From Candidatus Gottesmanbacteria bacterium (GTDB lineage: Bacteria > Patescibacteriota > Microgenomatia > JAMCYU01): DNA of 64,000 nt. The stretch lies in NCBI GenBank assembly GCA_043801155.1, contig JAZDMI010000028.1:35389-99388 (forward strand). Direction: 5' to 3'. The notes below the pieces were generated by a model. It saw only the letters and a list, made by a program, of their open reading frames with translations, made no database searches and was not told the origin of the DNA. Positions within the stretch are counted from its first letter, which is position 1. The number at the start of each line of letters is the position of its first letter. A program made the position numbers and the translations under genes. This document shows, one piece after another, positions 48,237-57,843 of this stretch.

Positions 48237-48821
48237 TTACGTTACTATTTTTGTCGTACTTAACTGCTCAAGCTTGGCGATAAGTTCTTCATTTGTATAG
48301 ACAGAAGTATCAATTTGTTTATTTTCAAAGATTCTTAATCCCTCAATCATTCTGCGGGCAAAGACTGCTTCCTTGGTTCTCAAATTTCTTATCCTTATTT
48401 CATTATCTTCAAAGGTTCTGGAAATGATAACCAGCTGCGAAAAGAAAAGCGTCCTATTGATAAAGACGTTTGAAATGTCTTTAATATCAACGCTGTGTAC
48501 TTCGGAAGAAAGAAAATGGCGGGTTATTATGGTAATTCTCCCCTCTTCGATATTAATGGTGTCGGGAAATAAGTCAAATGGTAGCGCATGCGAGGATATA
48601 CTTAGTAAAATCCTATTAGATTTTCTGACCAAATCGGTTACGGTTCGATTGTCCCTCCTTTTATGCTGATCAGCCGAACGAACATCTTCTTCTATTGCCT
48701 TGTCTTGAGAAGAAAGTTTATCCTGCCTTTTATCCATTAAATCATCTACTTCGTGCTGTGTGTAAAGCTTTTCTGACCACACAGTCACGTTCTCCTTTTG
48801 ATTATTTGTTTTAGTATCCAT
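48237..48821 (-). CDS. Bacterial PH-like domain protein
   Basis: PFDLFPD.I.I...R.T, I.DI.NV, FF..L.I. Confidence 0.6.
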   Translation of the reverse strand: MDTKTNNQKENVTVWSEKLYTQHEVDDLMDKRQDKLSSQDKAIEEDVRSADQHKRRDNRTVTDLVRKSNRILLSISSHALPFDLFPDTINIEEGRITIITRHFLSSEVHSVDIKDISNVFINRTLFFSQLVIISRTFEDNEIRIRNLRTKEAVFARRMIEGLRIFENKQIDTSVYTNEELIAKLEQLSTTKIVT

Positions 48822-48839
48822 ATTTAATTTAATTAATTA

Positions 48840-48983
48840 TTATTTGATTATCCCCAGCCCGAGAAGTCCGACAATGATTAAGTAGGCTGCTATCAGATAG
48901 TTAAGAAATTTCGGAAAAATAAGAATCAATATCCCGAAAAGTAATGATGCCAAAGGACTTAAACTTGTAAAAGATAAGCTCAT
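48840..48983 (-). CDS. DUF3096-like small membrane protein (47 aa, not in the ORF track)
   Basis: PLASLLFGILILIFPKFLNYLIAAYLIIVGLLG; SD AAGGAGGTGA. Confidence 0.75.
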   Translation of the reverse strand: MSLSFTSLSPLASLLFGILILIFPKFLNYLIAAYLIIVGLLGLGIIK

Positions 48984-49013
48984 ATGTTGTCACCTCCTTA
49001 ATTAATAATATTT

Positions 49014-49160
49014 TTATATACTTACGCCTAGAAATCGGGCGACTAAGACAATAATCGCGATTACAAGCAATAGATGAATTAGCTCTCCACCAACATGAAG
49101 AGAAAATCCCCCCAACCAGGCAATCACTAGCACTATTATAATAATGTCTAATAAGCTCAT
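49014..49160 (-). CDS. lmo0937/DUF5670-like small membrane protein (48 aa, not in the ORF track)
   Basis: WLGGFSLHVGGELIHLLLVIAII; SD AAGGAGGTGA. Confidence 0.75.
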   Translation of the reverse strand: MSLLDIIIIVLVIAWLGGFSLHVGGELIHLLLVIAIIVLVARFLGVSI

Positions 49161-49190
49161 ATTTCTCACCTCCTTACTTTATTCCAAGTC

Positions 49191-49604
49191 TTACTCCGTT
49201 TTCTGTTGTTCACCGGAGAGTATCCGTAGTAGTTTTACAATTCCCCAAGCCAAAACAGCGTACACTATAATTGCGACCAGTGTTGATGGCTCAAGAACTG
49301 AAGTTGTTTCTACACCTTGGGCAAACCCCCTCCGGAATATTCCTTCAAATGGTAAGATAAAAACTCCGGTTAAACCGTAGATTAATCCCACAAAAGCGCT
49401 TGAGATACTCGCTCCCGTTAACTTAAGAATAAGACGGAAAGCTAAGAGTATTTCCAGTACTCCAAAGAAGAAATAGACTAAATATTCAACCGTCTGAGAA
49501 CTAGTGGCTGTACTTTTAACTGAAATGTCTTTAGTTGTGGTATTCACCACCGGATTGATATTATTTCCTTGTGTAGTTATTGTTTCTTTTGAAATTTCTG
49601 CCAT
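49191..49604 (-). CDS. YggT-like membrane protein
   Basis: LEILLAFRLILKL.GA, F...IY.LT..F..PF.GIF. Confidence 0.75.
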   Translation of the reverse strand: MAEISKETITTQGNNINPVVNTTTKDISVKSTATSSQTVEYLVYFFFGVLEILLAFRLILKLTGASISSAFVGLIYGLTGVFILPFEGIFRRGFAQGVETTSVLEPSTLVAIIVYAVLAWGIVKLLRILSGEQQKTE

Positions 49605-49664
49605 ATTTTTCCACCTCCTTTCAATAAATTAATTTATTTTTATCCTAAACCCGCCCTGTAACCG

Positions 49665-49877
49665 TTATTTAGGTTGTACTATATTCACGTTTACTTTATC
49701 GGGTAATACTACCTGGGTGGCCGGAATGCTTACCTGAACTGGCCCTATCCGCCTTGTTGCCGGAATAACAAAATACATTAGTACAGCGACAAATCCAACA
49801 AGCACGATAATCCCGATCAGAAAACCATACCCTTTCGCTTCTGCTGGAGGAGCTTGACTATTTACAATTGTTGTCAT
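49665..49877 (-). CDS. Small membrane protein (paralog of 50397-50618)
   Basis: MTTIVN...GFLIGIIVL...P..V.V...PK. Confidence 0.7.
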   Translation of the reverse strand: MTTIVNSQAPPAEAKGYGFLIGIIVLVGFVAVLMYFVIPATRRIGPVQVSIPATQVVLPDKVNVNIVQPK

Positions 49878-50038
49878 ATATTTTTCACCGCCTTTATTAT
49901 TATTAAATTATTAATGTTTTTTATACCCCATTTTTGGTAATTTGAGTTTAAGGATCAAAATCCTTCCTGATTGCCACTTTCCTGATTATCGCCTCTTTAG
50001 CTAAGGGAGGATATGGTACCTTACCTTATTATTTGTTT

Positions 50039-50290
50039 TTAACCTTTTCGTAACATCCGGCCACCATAAATAACGACAACTGCACCAATCACGGCAACAA
50101 CAAGACTATAAATGTTGAATCCCGTAACACCTGATTGACCAACTAATCCCATGAGAAAACCACCTACCACAGCTCCAACTACACCCATAATTATGTCCGT
50201 TATTGTACCTTGATTAGAATCGGTTTTCATAATGATCGATGCAATCCATCCTGCCAGTGCTCCAAAAATTATCCAAAGTACTATACCCAT
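50039..50290 (-). CDS. GlsB/YeaQ/YmgE family stress-response membrane protein
   Basis: WIIFGALAGWIA, GVVGAVVGG, SLVVAVIGAVV. Confidence 0.88.
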   Translation of the reverse strand: MGIVLWIIFGALAGWIASIIMKTDSNQGTITDIIMGVVGAVVGGFLMGLVGQSGVTGFNIYSLVVAVIGAVVVIYGGRMLRKG

Positions 50291-50396
50291 ATTTTTTCAC
50301 CTCCTTTAATTAATAAATTTAGTTTTCTTCCTAAGCCTGCCATTTAGTTACTTTTTTATATTACTGTCTAACAATAGGTTTATAATCTGTTTTCGA

Positions 50397-50618
50397 TTAC
50401 TTCGGTTGAGTCACATTCACGTCTATCTTGCTTGGCACATTGACCTGTGGTGCCGGAACGTTCACCTGAACTGCCCCCATGTTTCTTATTGCCGGAATAG
50501 CGAAATATAATAGTACCGCTACAAATCCTATAAGGACTATGATACCGATGAGAAAACCAAACCCTCCTGTATCTTGTGTGGGAGCCTGGGGAGCTGGATT
50601 ATTTACAACTGTTGTCAT
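50397..50618 (-). CDS. Small membrane protein (paralog of 49665-49877)
   Basis: MTTVVN...GFLIGIIVL...; SD AAGGAGGTGA. Confidence 0.7.
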   Translation of the reverse strand: MTTVVNNPAPQAPTQDTGGFGFLIGIIVLIGFVAVLLYFAIPAIRNMGAVQVNVPAPQVNVPSKIDVNVTQPK

Positions 50619-50689
50619 ATATTTTTCACCTCCTTCATTATTTTTAAATTATTAATGTTTTTTTATACCCAGACTTTGGTAATTTGAGT

Positions 50690-50875
50690 TTAAGGATTAA
50701 AATCCTCTCTAATTTCAGGTTTCCTCATGACTATTTCTTCGGGTAAATATTTAGCTAAAGCTCTTTCTGCTAGAGCGGTTAAGGTTATTCCCTCAACAAT
50801 AGCTTGTGCCCTGGCGTGTGTTAATAGGTTCGGATTAATAAAGAGTGTCACCCGTTGTTTGCTATTAGTTGCCAT
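50690..50875 (-). CDS. Small ribbon-helix-helix-like DNA-binding protein
   Basis: KQRVTLFI strand followed by two helices ending ERAL..YL. Confidence 0.55.
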   Translation of the reverse strand: MATNSKQRVTLFINPNLLTHARAQAIVEGITLTALAERALAKYLPEEIVMRKPEIREDFNP

Positions 50876-50963
50876 ACTTCATATACTACCACAAGTTGTA
50901 GTAGTTGTCAAGTAACATTATATTAGGTTAAGGACTTGTCTGTTTTGATGATATAATTGTTTT

Positions 50964-51308
50964 ATGGATCAAGCATTAACTTGTCCCAAGTGTCAAAATA
51001 GTATTGATATCACAGATTTTTTCTGCGGAGTTTGTGGCTATAAGTTAAAAGAAGAACTACTTTCGACGTCATTTTTAAAACAGCTATCAATCTATTTAAT
51101 TAGTTTCCTTCTGCCCCCTTTTGGACTTATCCCTGCCCTAAAATACCTTCGGCAAGACGAGAGTCAAGCAAAATGGGTTGGTATAATTGCTATTATTCTC
51201 ACCCTAATCTCGGCAATAATTTCCATTTGGCTCTTGCAAAATTTTATGGACACATTCAATAAAGTCATGGATAGTCAATTGGGTACCTACGAAAATCTTC
51301 CTTTCTAA
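50964..51308 (+). CDS. Zinc-ribbon membrane protein
   Basis: CPKC...FCGVCG plus two TM helices. Confidence 0.75.
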   Translation: MDQALTCPKCQNSIDITDFFCGVCGYKLKEELLSTSFLKQLSIYLISFLLPPFGLIPALKYLRQDESQAKWVGIIAIILTLISAIISIWLLQNFMDTFNKVMDSQLGTYENLPF

Positions 51309-51432
51309 ACTCATTGGAGCATTCATGTGGTTTACTAAAAATGTAAATTCCGAGGTATATGATTTTTTTAAATGGGCTCGCTCGATGGGTCTTCTTCGCT
51401 AAAGCTACGAAAGACGGCACGACGATTCCAGA

Positions 51433-51714
51433 TCAATTTTTATGGGAAGATAGGTGTTTATTGGAGATACGGATCTCGCTATGGACGTGATAAAGAGCCA
51501 CAAGAATAGCAAGGGATAAATACACATTCCATATTGGGAGATCGTAGTATGTTGCACATGGGCTGTTTGAAATCGGCGAAACTAACCCACAAACAAAACT
51601 ATAAAGTATCCTGTCAAAATTAAACAGATCAATAATGGCAACCACAAAGAAAAGGATAAGAAAGATGAAGAACAAACTATGATAACGTAATACACCTAAA
51701 AATTTCATATACAT
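51433..51714 (-). CDS. Hypothetical membrane protein
   Basis: 93 aa, 2 TM. Confidence 0.55.
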   Translation of the reverse strand: MYMKFLGVLRYHSLFFIFLILFFVVAIIDLFNFDRILYSFVCGLVSPISNSPCATYYDLPIWNVYLSLAILVALYHVHSEIRISNKHLSSHKN

Positions 51715-51842
51715 TAATCATATGTATTTTTTTTAAAAAATGCAAGTAGTGAAGCAAAGTAGCAAACACGTAGGCTTTATTTGGTTGTTTGCTTCCCTAG
51801 TATACAAACTTCGAGATTGGTTTGTTTTAAATTCAACAGATC

Positions 51843-52217
51843 TTATCGTAGAGTTAAACTTATCCAAAAATAGAACGCTCCAATTAGAAAGATAATAAAT
51901 CCCCAAAATGTTTGCCTGCCTTTGAATATTTGGGCTATCTTATTTACACGATCGGGAAAGGTAATTTTTTCAATTCCTTTTAATAAGGTCGTCCATCCTA
52001 GAATGGTAATTGCCACCCTCCAGTCGGCAGTCCAAATATTATGAAGGGTAACTGTAATTAATCCTAAAAGAAATGTGATATACCCCGTGGAAACGGTGAT
52101 AGTCTTATCTTCCGTATATTCTATTACCCTACCCAATAACTTTGCCAGGACGGAACCCAACCCAAGGATTATAAACAAACTTCCCCAAAACCTGGCCAGA
52201 TAAATTGAAATTTCCAT
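51843..52217 (-). CDS. Hypothetical membrane protein
   Basis: 124 aa, 4 TM, HNIW..DWR..ITILGW motif. Confidence 0.75.
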   Translation of the reverse strand: MEISIYLARFWGSLFIILGLGSVLAKLLGRVIEYTEDKTITVSTGYITFLLGLITVTLHNIWTADWRVAITILGWTTLLKGIEKITFPDRVNKIAQIFKGRQTFWGFIIFLIGAFYFWISLTLR

Positions 52218-52274
52218 ATTTTAATTATACTATATTCGCCGGATGGGACGATTTTCGGACTACGAACTAATTTT

Positions 52275-52805
52275 CTAACCGATATTAGTCTGATTTGATG
52301 ATTTTAGTACCACTGGACTATTGTTCAAATCATTGAATTTATAAATCAAATCATGCAATTTTCTTTTTAAAATTAGTATCGTCAAGGATAGTCCAGCAAA
52401 GAAGTAAAAAATAAATATAACTGGATACATATCTTTCTGATTCCAGAATTTTAGCAAAGCCATAATGTGCAGAATAGTCAGAATAGCAAACGGAGCCTTA
52501 AGGGGAATTCTTATTTTTATAATAATCTCTGCTATCTTTAACAGAATAAATATAACTATTGACCAGAAAGAAAAAAATTTCACCACGTCTTCTATTCCCA
52601 TATCAAATGTACCGCGACCGTTTATACCAAGAGTAGGGGTATTAGCGATAAACCAAATCAGAATTTTTTCTGCCCCTATTCCGATAACCACCATAAATGC
52701 TACCGTTGTAACCTCTAAGATAAGGAATACATAAAAAGGAGCCGTGATAAAAGTAAGAAAACTATCAAATAGATTAAATAGAATGACAGGAAGGGTTTTC
52801 CCCAT
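52275..52805 (-). CDS. Hypothetical membrane protein; start revised to ATG 52805
   Basis: The longer ORF-track start crosses the 52859 repeat; ATG 52805 has TATACT just upstream. Confidence 0.6.
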   Translation of the reverse strand: MGKTLPVILFNLFDSFLTFITAPFYVFLILEVTTVAFMVVIGIGAEKILIWFIANTPTLGINGRGTFDMGIEDVVKFFSFWSIVIFILLKIAEIIIKIRIPLKAPFAILTILHIMALLKFWNQKDMYPVIFIFYFFAGLSLTILILKRKLHDLIYKFNDLNNSPVVLKSSNQTNIG

Positions 52806-53009
52806 AATTCCAGTATAGCATAAGAGAAGTAGCGCTATAACACTCCATCTTTTTCCTAGCTCGAGAATCGTAACTCTAATATAAGAACCTTTCGCTTCGC
52901 TCAAGAACCTTGCTGCTTCGCAGTAACCACACAATTGTCTTGTACTTGTGGTGAGCTTGCCGAAAACAGGTCTTGACAAAGATGGTCCTGTTCTTCTATC
53001 CTATAGAAG

Positions 53010-54488
53010 ATGAAGGCCCTCTTTAAAATCTTCTTTGTTCTCTTAACCATTGGTGTAATTTATTTAATCTCACGCTCTCCAGCGATAACCATAAAAGAAA
53101 CATTGGCTTATAATAAGCCAAACTTTGTCTTCATCCTCACCGATGACCTGGATTTAAGCGGGCTACAATATATGCCCAAAATCAAAGCTCTCATTGCAGA
53201 TGCCGGCATTACCTTTTCTAATTTTTTTATTAGCAATTCTCTCTGCTGTCCTTCGCGCTCTTCTATTTTAAGAGGCCAATATGGTCATAATACCAAAGTT
53301 ATGCATAATATCGGGCCAGAGGGCGGCTTCCAGCGCTTTCATACCGAAGGTAATGAGAATTCAACCGTAGCTACCTGGCTTAAGGCGGCGGGTTACAGGA
53401 CGGGCATTTTCGGAAAGTATCTTAACGGTTATCCCAATCGTGATTTCAACATATCTCCAACATACATTCCCCCCGGATGGGACCAGTGGTTTGTCCCAAT
53501 CATCGACACTGCTTATAACAGCTACAAATATATCATGAACCAAAACGGCCTCTTAGTCTATTACGGCAGTGGTCCTTCCGCTTACATAACCGATGTTATT
53601 TCTAATAAAGCGACTAATTTTATAAAAACAACTCAAACTGGTAAACCGTTCTTTGCGTATATTACTACCTACGCCCCCCATTCTCCATCGAACCCGGCAC
53701 CACGACATGTTAACATGACTTTCAACCCCATGCCTGTCCCTCCCACCCCGCCATCCTTTAATGAGGCTGATGTCAGTGATAAACCAATTGAGCTTCAACG
53801 AATCCTTCTGCCAGACGAGACGATCGCCACCGGAAGCGCTTATTACTTGAAAAAGATTCGTTCACTCCAAGCGATTGATGATCTGGTTGAAGCAGTGATT
53901 AACGCCCTCACCGCAAAAGGTGTTCTGAACAATACCTATGTAATCTTTACCTCCGATAATGGTTTTCATCTGGGCATTCATCGTTTAATTCAGGGAAAAA
54001 CAACTGCTTATGAGGAGGATATTCGTGTACCGTTTGTTGTTCGCGGCCCCGGGCTTACTCCCTGCAGCGTCAGGGATGATTTCGTTGGTAACATTGACCT
54101 GGCCCCGACCTTTGCACAACTGGCAGGAGTCACGATTCCTGATTGGGTCGATGGCCGCTCATTTGTTACTCCTTCCACCCGCAAGGCTTACCTTTTAGAG
54201 CATGGTAATCCTCCAAAGAGTATACCCGATTATGACACTGATTTAGAAAAATATGCCCAAGGAATCATTCCGGCTTATGCAGGTCTTCGGACGACTGATT
54301 GGATGTACACGGAATATGTCACCGGCTCTAAAGAACTTTATAATTTGGTTAATGACCCGTATGAACTGGAGAATAAAGCCAACCAAGCAGAGTATGCGGA
54401 TATCCAAAATCGCTTAGCCACAAAGTTGTCAGAGCTTTCCACTTGCGCTGGCTCTTCCTGCCGCACCGCCGAGGATACTCCTTTCTAA
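53010..54488 (+). CDS. Sulfatase (N-acetylglucosamine-6-sulfatase-like)
   Basis: ILTDD, CCPSRSSILRG formylglycine motif, GKYLN, APH, TSDNGFH. Confidence 0.92.
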   Translation: MKALFKIFFVLLTIGVIYLISRSPAITIKETLAYNKPNFVFILTDDLDLSGLQYMPKIKALIADAGITFSNFFISNSLCCPSRSSILRGQYGHNTKVMHNIGPEGGFQRFHTEGNENSTVATWLKAAGYRTGIFGKYLNGYPNRDFNISPTYIPPGWDQWFVPIIDTAYNSYKYIMNQNGLLVYYGSGPSAYITDVISNKATNFIKTTQTGKPFFAYITTYAPHSPSNPAPRHVNMTFNPMPVPPTPPSFNEADVSDKPIELQRILLPDETIATGSAYYLKKIRSLQAIDDLVEAVINALTAKGVLNNTYVIFTSDNGFHLGIHRLIQGKTTAYEEDIRVPFVVRGPGLTPCSVRDDFVGNIDLAPTFAQLAGVTIPDWVDGRSFVTPSTRKAYLLEHGNPPKSIPDYDTDLEKYAQGIIPAYAGLRTTDWMYTEYVTGSKELYNLVNDPYELENKANQAEYADIQNRLATKLSELSTCAGSSCRTAEDTPF

Positions 54489-54698
54489 CTAGAACTTCTT
54501 CAAAAAAAACTTTTTGGTAAAAAGAGAAAGCCTATTTATATGTTCTGATAATCTTATTTTTAAATTATCAGTAATTCCAACATAGAAAGTTTTTCCATCG
54601 CAAAGAAGCATGTAAATATACCAAGTCTTACCTTTATACATAAATGTGGCTTGCGCTGAGCTTTTCGAAGTGCTCCACCTCGTGGACGACCTTAAAAC

Positions 54699-54968
54699 CT
54701 ATTTCTTCCAGTTTGTAACTCGTTGATTTATCTTAAAGACTACTAACGATACAATAAAATAGATTATTAAAGAAAAAACTAGCATTAGAAAAAACAAACC
54801 AATGGTATTTGTCTCTCTTAAAGAAAAAAGTAACACTTCTATTGGCTTATACCATGTCACGTATTGTCCTCCGTTATATTGCTCTCTAAATAATGGAAGA
54901 TAGAGAATAATAACTGTAATTAGGACATTAAGTAATTTAGGTTTTAAAAAACTAAAATTAACTCGCAT
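54699..54968 (-). CDS. Hypothetical membrane protein
   Basis: 89 aa, 2 TM; TATAAT upstream. Confidence 0.6.
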   Translation of the reverse strand: MRVNFSFLKPKLLNVLITVIILYLPLFREQYNGGQYVTWYKPIEVLLFSLRETNTIGLFFLMLVFSLIIYFIVSLVVFKINQRVTNWKK

Positions 54969-55230
54969 TTACCATTATTATACATCGGAGGTTCTACTGT
55001 CCTACTAGGGGTCTCCCAAAAACGAGGCTAAAATGTCTGGCTCGAGAATCGTAACTCTAATATAACCACAAAACTAACATGTATTTTAAAAATTTTGAAG
55101 ATTTCCACCTTATCCTACAACTCAGAGATAAGATCGACAAAGTAAAACCTGTTATAGTAATAACACCTTAAAAACTCTTGTATTTCCTACTTCTTAATAG
55201 TACATTAAATACATAGTAAGAAAATAATCT

Positions 55231-56487
55231 ATGCGTCCAAAAAAGAAATACTCTAAACTCTTCTGGATCTTCACGATTGGTATATGTGTAATTTTATCTG
55301 GGTTAGCATTTTTAGGATTTTCCATAAGTAAACAATTTGATGATGCAGTAGCTAGTATTCAGTCTAATTTAGTAGATGCGGCAAATGCCAAGATTGTGGG
55401 AGATTTAGTTCGAAGAGGAACGCAGATTAAAGGGGAAACGATGGAAACAGTCGAAGCTAAAGCGATGACTTCTGCTAAAAATTTATCCGAAGTTTCAGTG
55501 CCTGATGACCTGAAGAATTATCAAGCAGTTGCCTCAATCTGGTCTATCAGGATAGCGGCAGCAGCCAGTCAATCAAACGGTTGGGTGAATTTGAAAAATC
55601 AGCCTGACCCTTTCCCTTTAGTTATTAGTGATATTAAAGCCTCAAATCTATTAAAACCAATACTAAAAAATATTTCTGATCTGAAAACAGAGGGATCAAC
55701 AGCGATTCAAAACAAAGACCGCGATGCCATGCGCCAAATTGCCGCCAAACTAATAGTCCAGAACCATTTTCTTAACGCTATTTTGCATTCCCAAGAAGAA
55801 GAAAAAACTACCCTGATCCCTTTTGCCTTAGCGGCTGGTTCAACACTGCAATCAATACCTGATGTTAAGGGAGTTGATGTTACTTGTTCAATTTGTGATT
55901 ACCCTGATGCTTATAAAGTTCATTGGACAGATGCCTTAAAAAAACAATATGGTTGTGACAGCAGGTGTCATAAACAAAATCAACCCGTCCAAGAAGAAGT
56001 AAAATATTCAGAATCTTTATCTTCCTATAGTTATAGCGATAGCAAGCGAGTTGTTTGCACAAACACTAATAAAAGCGGTTCGTTTTGCGTGGAAAAAGCT
56101 GCCCAGGTAACTAATGAACTTATTGACGCCGCTATTGGTTTTACTGAAGGCAGCAGAAATTTTACAGTAGAGCAATGGAATGGCGCGGTTGCTTATGCCA
56201 CAGGTGAAGTAGGAACGCCACCCAGCTGGCCATCAGCAGAAGGCGGGCATAAAGAAGGTGGCATGGGAACTATCAATCAAGGAGATCCGAACCAACCTCA
56301 ACAAAATACCAATTCAAGAAGTTCCCAGTGTGAATTTTACAACAAAGATTGTCCATCTATAATTAATACTCAAAGGCTTGCATGCGCATTGGGAAGTTTG
56401 GGTGATGAAGATAAGAAAACCTATTGTGATAGTATAACTTGTGCAAGTATGTATCAGAATTGCTTAAATGGTAAGGAACCTTATTAG
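55231..56487 (+). CDS. Membrane-anchored hypothetical protein with a Cys-rich C-terminal half
   Basis: N-terminal TM; multiple Cys. Confidence 0.7.
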   Translation: MRPKKKYSKLFWIFTIGICVILSGLAFLGFSISKQFDDAVASIQSNLVDAANAKIVGDLVRRGTQIKGETMETVEAKAMTSAKNLSEVSVPDDLKNYQAVASIWSIRIAAAASQSNGWVNLKNQPDPFPLVISDIKASNLLKPILKNISDLKTEGSTAIQNKDRDAMRQIAAKLIVQNHFLNAILHSQEEEKTTLIPFALAAGSTLQSIPDVKGVDVTCSICDYPDAYKVHWTDALKKQYGCDSRCHKQNQPVQEEVKYSESLSSYSYSDSKRVVCTNTNKSGSFCVEKAAQVTNELIDAAIGFTEGSRNFTVEQWNGAVAYATGEVGTPPSWPSAEGGHKEGGMGTINQGDPNQPQQNTNSRSSQCEFYNKDCPSIINTQRLACALGSLGDEDKKTYCDSITCASMYQNCLNGKEPY

Positions 56488-56763
56488 ATTTGGTAAATAA
56501 AAAATCTGACTTTAAAATTGAAACGGCTCTTTTTTAGCTACGGTTTTAATAAATTTAGTTAGAATATCACATTATTTGCTCGCTTCGTGGGACGATTTTC
56601 GAACTACTGACTGGTTAGAGATTATAGAACATCCAGAGCTAATTCAACGAACCGATAAGTTACTTACTTCTTAAAATCCTAGAAGATCTTAGATTTGTTC
56701 TGCTTCTGCTCGTGTTTTTGTCTTAATCGAGCTGGTCTTGGGTCAACTTGCATGAAACAAAAG

Positions 56764-57522
56764 TTAACCTTTAACTTCAAAAAAGAGGATAGCAATGCCA
56801 AGAATAAAAGCCAGTGCACCAACGATTCTAGCGATCTTTTCTTTTGATTTGCTTTTTTTTAAAGCCATTGGGCCTAAATATCCACCGATTGCCGCACCTA
56901 TCGGTAGAATATAAATAAGGGGTGAATTTGGCCATTTATTGATCCAAACCCATACGGCAAAGCTAGCTAGACAAATTGGCACTTCGGCAAAATCAGTGAC
57001 GACAATTGAATTTTTGCTTTCTCTTCCGACGACAATTTGTCCTGTTGACATTAATGGTCCGTAGCCTCCACCGGAAACAGCTTTGTTAAATGCGCTTATT
57101 ATGCTTAGAATAACCATTTTCCCCCAGCTAAAGGAAAATGATATTTTTAGCAAAACACTTCCTCCCATTATTAAACATAAAATACCGATATAATTTTTCA
57201 GCCATATTCTAGAAATCATGCTTGCCCCGATAAACGCACCAATTAAGGTGGCCACTATACCTAAGGATGCAATAAGCAAAGTTATTTTAAAATCTTCAGA
57301 ATCTTTTTTGAAAATTAATGCATTTTTTAATTTATTATGCCGCCAAGAAGCAATAGCGCCTCCAACCGCTTGAGAAATAAGTATCGAAGGAATAACTAGT
57401 TTTGGATCATAACCAGCAATTATTAATACTGGGGATAGAATTGTTCCATACATCATGCCCAAGTAGCTGTCGATAAATTCGCAGCCAATAGTGATGATTA
57501 GAATTAATAAAACAATGGTCAT
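56764..57522 (-). CDS. TauE/SafE (sulfite exporter) family permease
   Basis: EFIDS.LGM.YG..L.P.L, SGGGYGP; multi-TM. Confidence 0.8.
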   Translation of the reverse strand: MTIVLLILIITIGCEFIDSYLGMMYGTILSPVLIIAGYDPKLVIPSILISQAVGGAIASWRHNKLKNALIFKKDSEDFKITLLIASLGIVATLIGAFIGASMISRIWLKNYIGILCLIMGGSVLLKISFSFSWGKMVILSIISAFNKAVSGGGYGPLMSTGQIVVGRESKNSIVVTDFAEVPICLASFAVWVWINKWPNSPLIYILPIGAAIGGYLGPMALKKSKSKEKIARIVGALAFILGIAILFFEVKG

Positions 57523-57843
57523 TTTTTGATGATCGTGTATATTATGATATAAAAATCATTCCGAAAACAGTATCAAAATCTTAATAGAATCTAGTAGGCT
57601 TTCTAAAAAATATAGCTCGAGAATCGTAACTCTAATATCAAGAACTTTTCTCCGCCAGCTGGTGGATCAAAAACCTTGTTGCTTCGCAATAAGCAAAGCT
57701 TTTACTTCGTAATAACCACTCAATTAGTTTGTATTACTTGCCCTTCCGTAGCTTTAGCGAAGGAGGATCAAGGCTTTCTCTGACTTTAGGCTTGTTCAGC
57801 AAATTCGGGAAGAGATAGAGAAAGTGAAACCTTGTATAGTTAT

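Noticed and set aside
51373-51385. TGGGCTCG as the missing 3' half of the outer tRNA at 17303 (split tRNA)
   Set aside because: No T-arm follows; the context matches the GCTCGC..TGG cassette repeat instead.
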